From: Malacoraja senta
Taxonomy: Eukaryota
Reading direction: 5' to 3'
NCBI GenBank assembly: GCA_038087875.1
Contig: CM075988.1
Coordinates: 27,902,001 to 27,950,925 of the forward strand
Length of the DNA stretch: 48,925 nucleotides
Shown here: positions 48,253 to 48,925 of the stretch, piece after piece
Layout of the letters: the number at the start of each line of letters is the position of its first letter
How positions within the stretch are numbered: the stretch's first letter is position 1
Notes under the pieces: model-generated
Database searches by the model: none
Told to the model about the DNA's origin: nothing
What the model saw: the letters and a program-made list of their open reading frames with translations, nothing else
Position numbers and translations under genes: made by a program

Positions 48253-48925
48253 CAGTGCCCTCCATAACTTTGGGACAAAGACCCATCATTTATTTATTTG
48301 CCTCTGTCCTCCACAATTTGAGATTTTAATAGAAAAAAAATCACGTGATTGAAGTGCACATTGTCAGATTTTAAAATAGACTTTGGTTTCACCATGTAGA
48401 AATTACAGCAGTGTTTATACATACAGTGCCCTCTATAATGTTTGGGACAAAGATGCATCATTTATTTATTTGCCTCTGTACTCCACAGTTTGAGATATGT
48501 AATAGAAAAAAAATCACGTGGTTAAAGTGCACATTGTCAGATTTTAATAAAGGCCATTTTTATACATTTTGGTTTCACCATGTAGAAATTACAGCTGTGT
48601 TTATCCATAGTCCCCCCCCCCCCCCCCCATTTCAAGGCACCATAATGATTCGGACACAAGGCTTCACAGGTGTTGGTAATTGTTCCGTTGTGTTTAATTG
48701 CCTACTTAATGCAGGTATAAGAGAGCTCTGAGCACCTAGTCTTTCCTCCAGCCTTTCCATCACTTTTGCCAGTACCCAGCCAGTACCTTCAGCAGTCATA
48801 CATTCCCAGGCCATAACACCCCCACCACCATGTTTCACAGATGAGGTGGTATGCTTTGGATCTTGGGAAGTTCCTTCTCTCCTCCATAATTTGCTCTTGC
48901 CATCACTCTGATATAAGTTAATCTG
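48253..48925. mobile_element. Tc1-like transposon (IR/DR type): duplicated end plus transposase fragment, runs off window
   Basis: TA-CAGTGCCCTC starts at 48253 and 48424; inner direct repeat CCATAATGATTCGGACA near 48640. Confidence 0.85.
48779..48925 (-). pseudogene. Tc1 DDE transposase fragment
   Basis: QINLYQSDGKSKLWRREGTSQDPKHTTSSVKHGGGGVMAWECMTAEGTG contains the Tc1 motif VKHGGGSVMVWGC. Confidence 0.85.

Overview
This is AT-rich, repeat-dense vertebrate genomic DNA. The repeats (HE1-type V-SINEs, HER1/CR1 LINEs, Penelope-like elements, Rex1, Harbinger MITEs, Tc1) point to a cartilaginous fish, most likely a skate or ray (inference). The window appears to be the 5' intronic, alternative-promoter region of GRAMD1B (Aster-B) on the + strand. 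A 23-nt coding first exon at 12241-12263 reads MKGFKLA(C) followed by GTAAGT, matching the known GRAMD1B N-terminus MKGFKLSC-TASNSN. A second candidate 23-nt, same-phase first exon lies at 38078-38100. The shared downstream exon was not found in the window. None of the tracked ORFs looks like a host gene; they are TE remnants or low-complexity frames. The most unusual structure is a family of short Penelope-derived insertions with minimal hammerhead ribozyme cores, 12-18 bp target-site duplications and frequent fold-back (palindromic) organisation. There is no prokaryotic-type system (CRISPR, operon), and I cannot support a wholly new system from the sequence alone. All family assignments are from motif recognition, not database searches.
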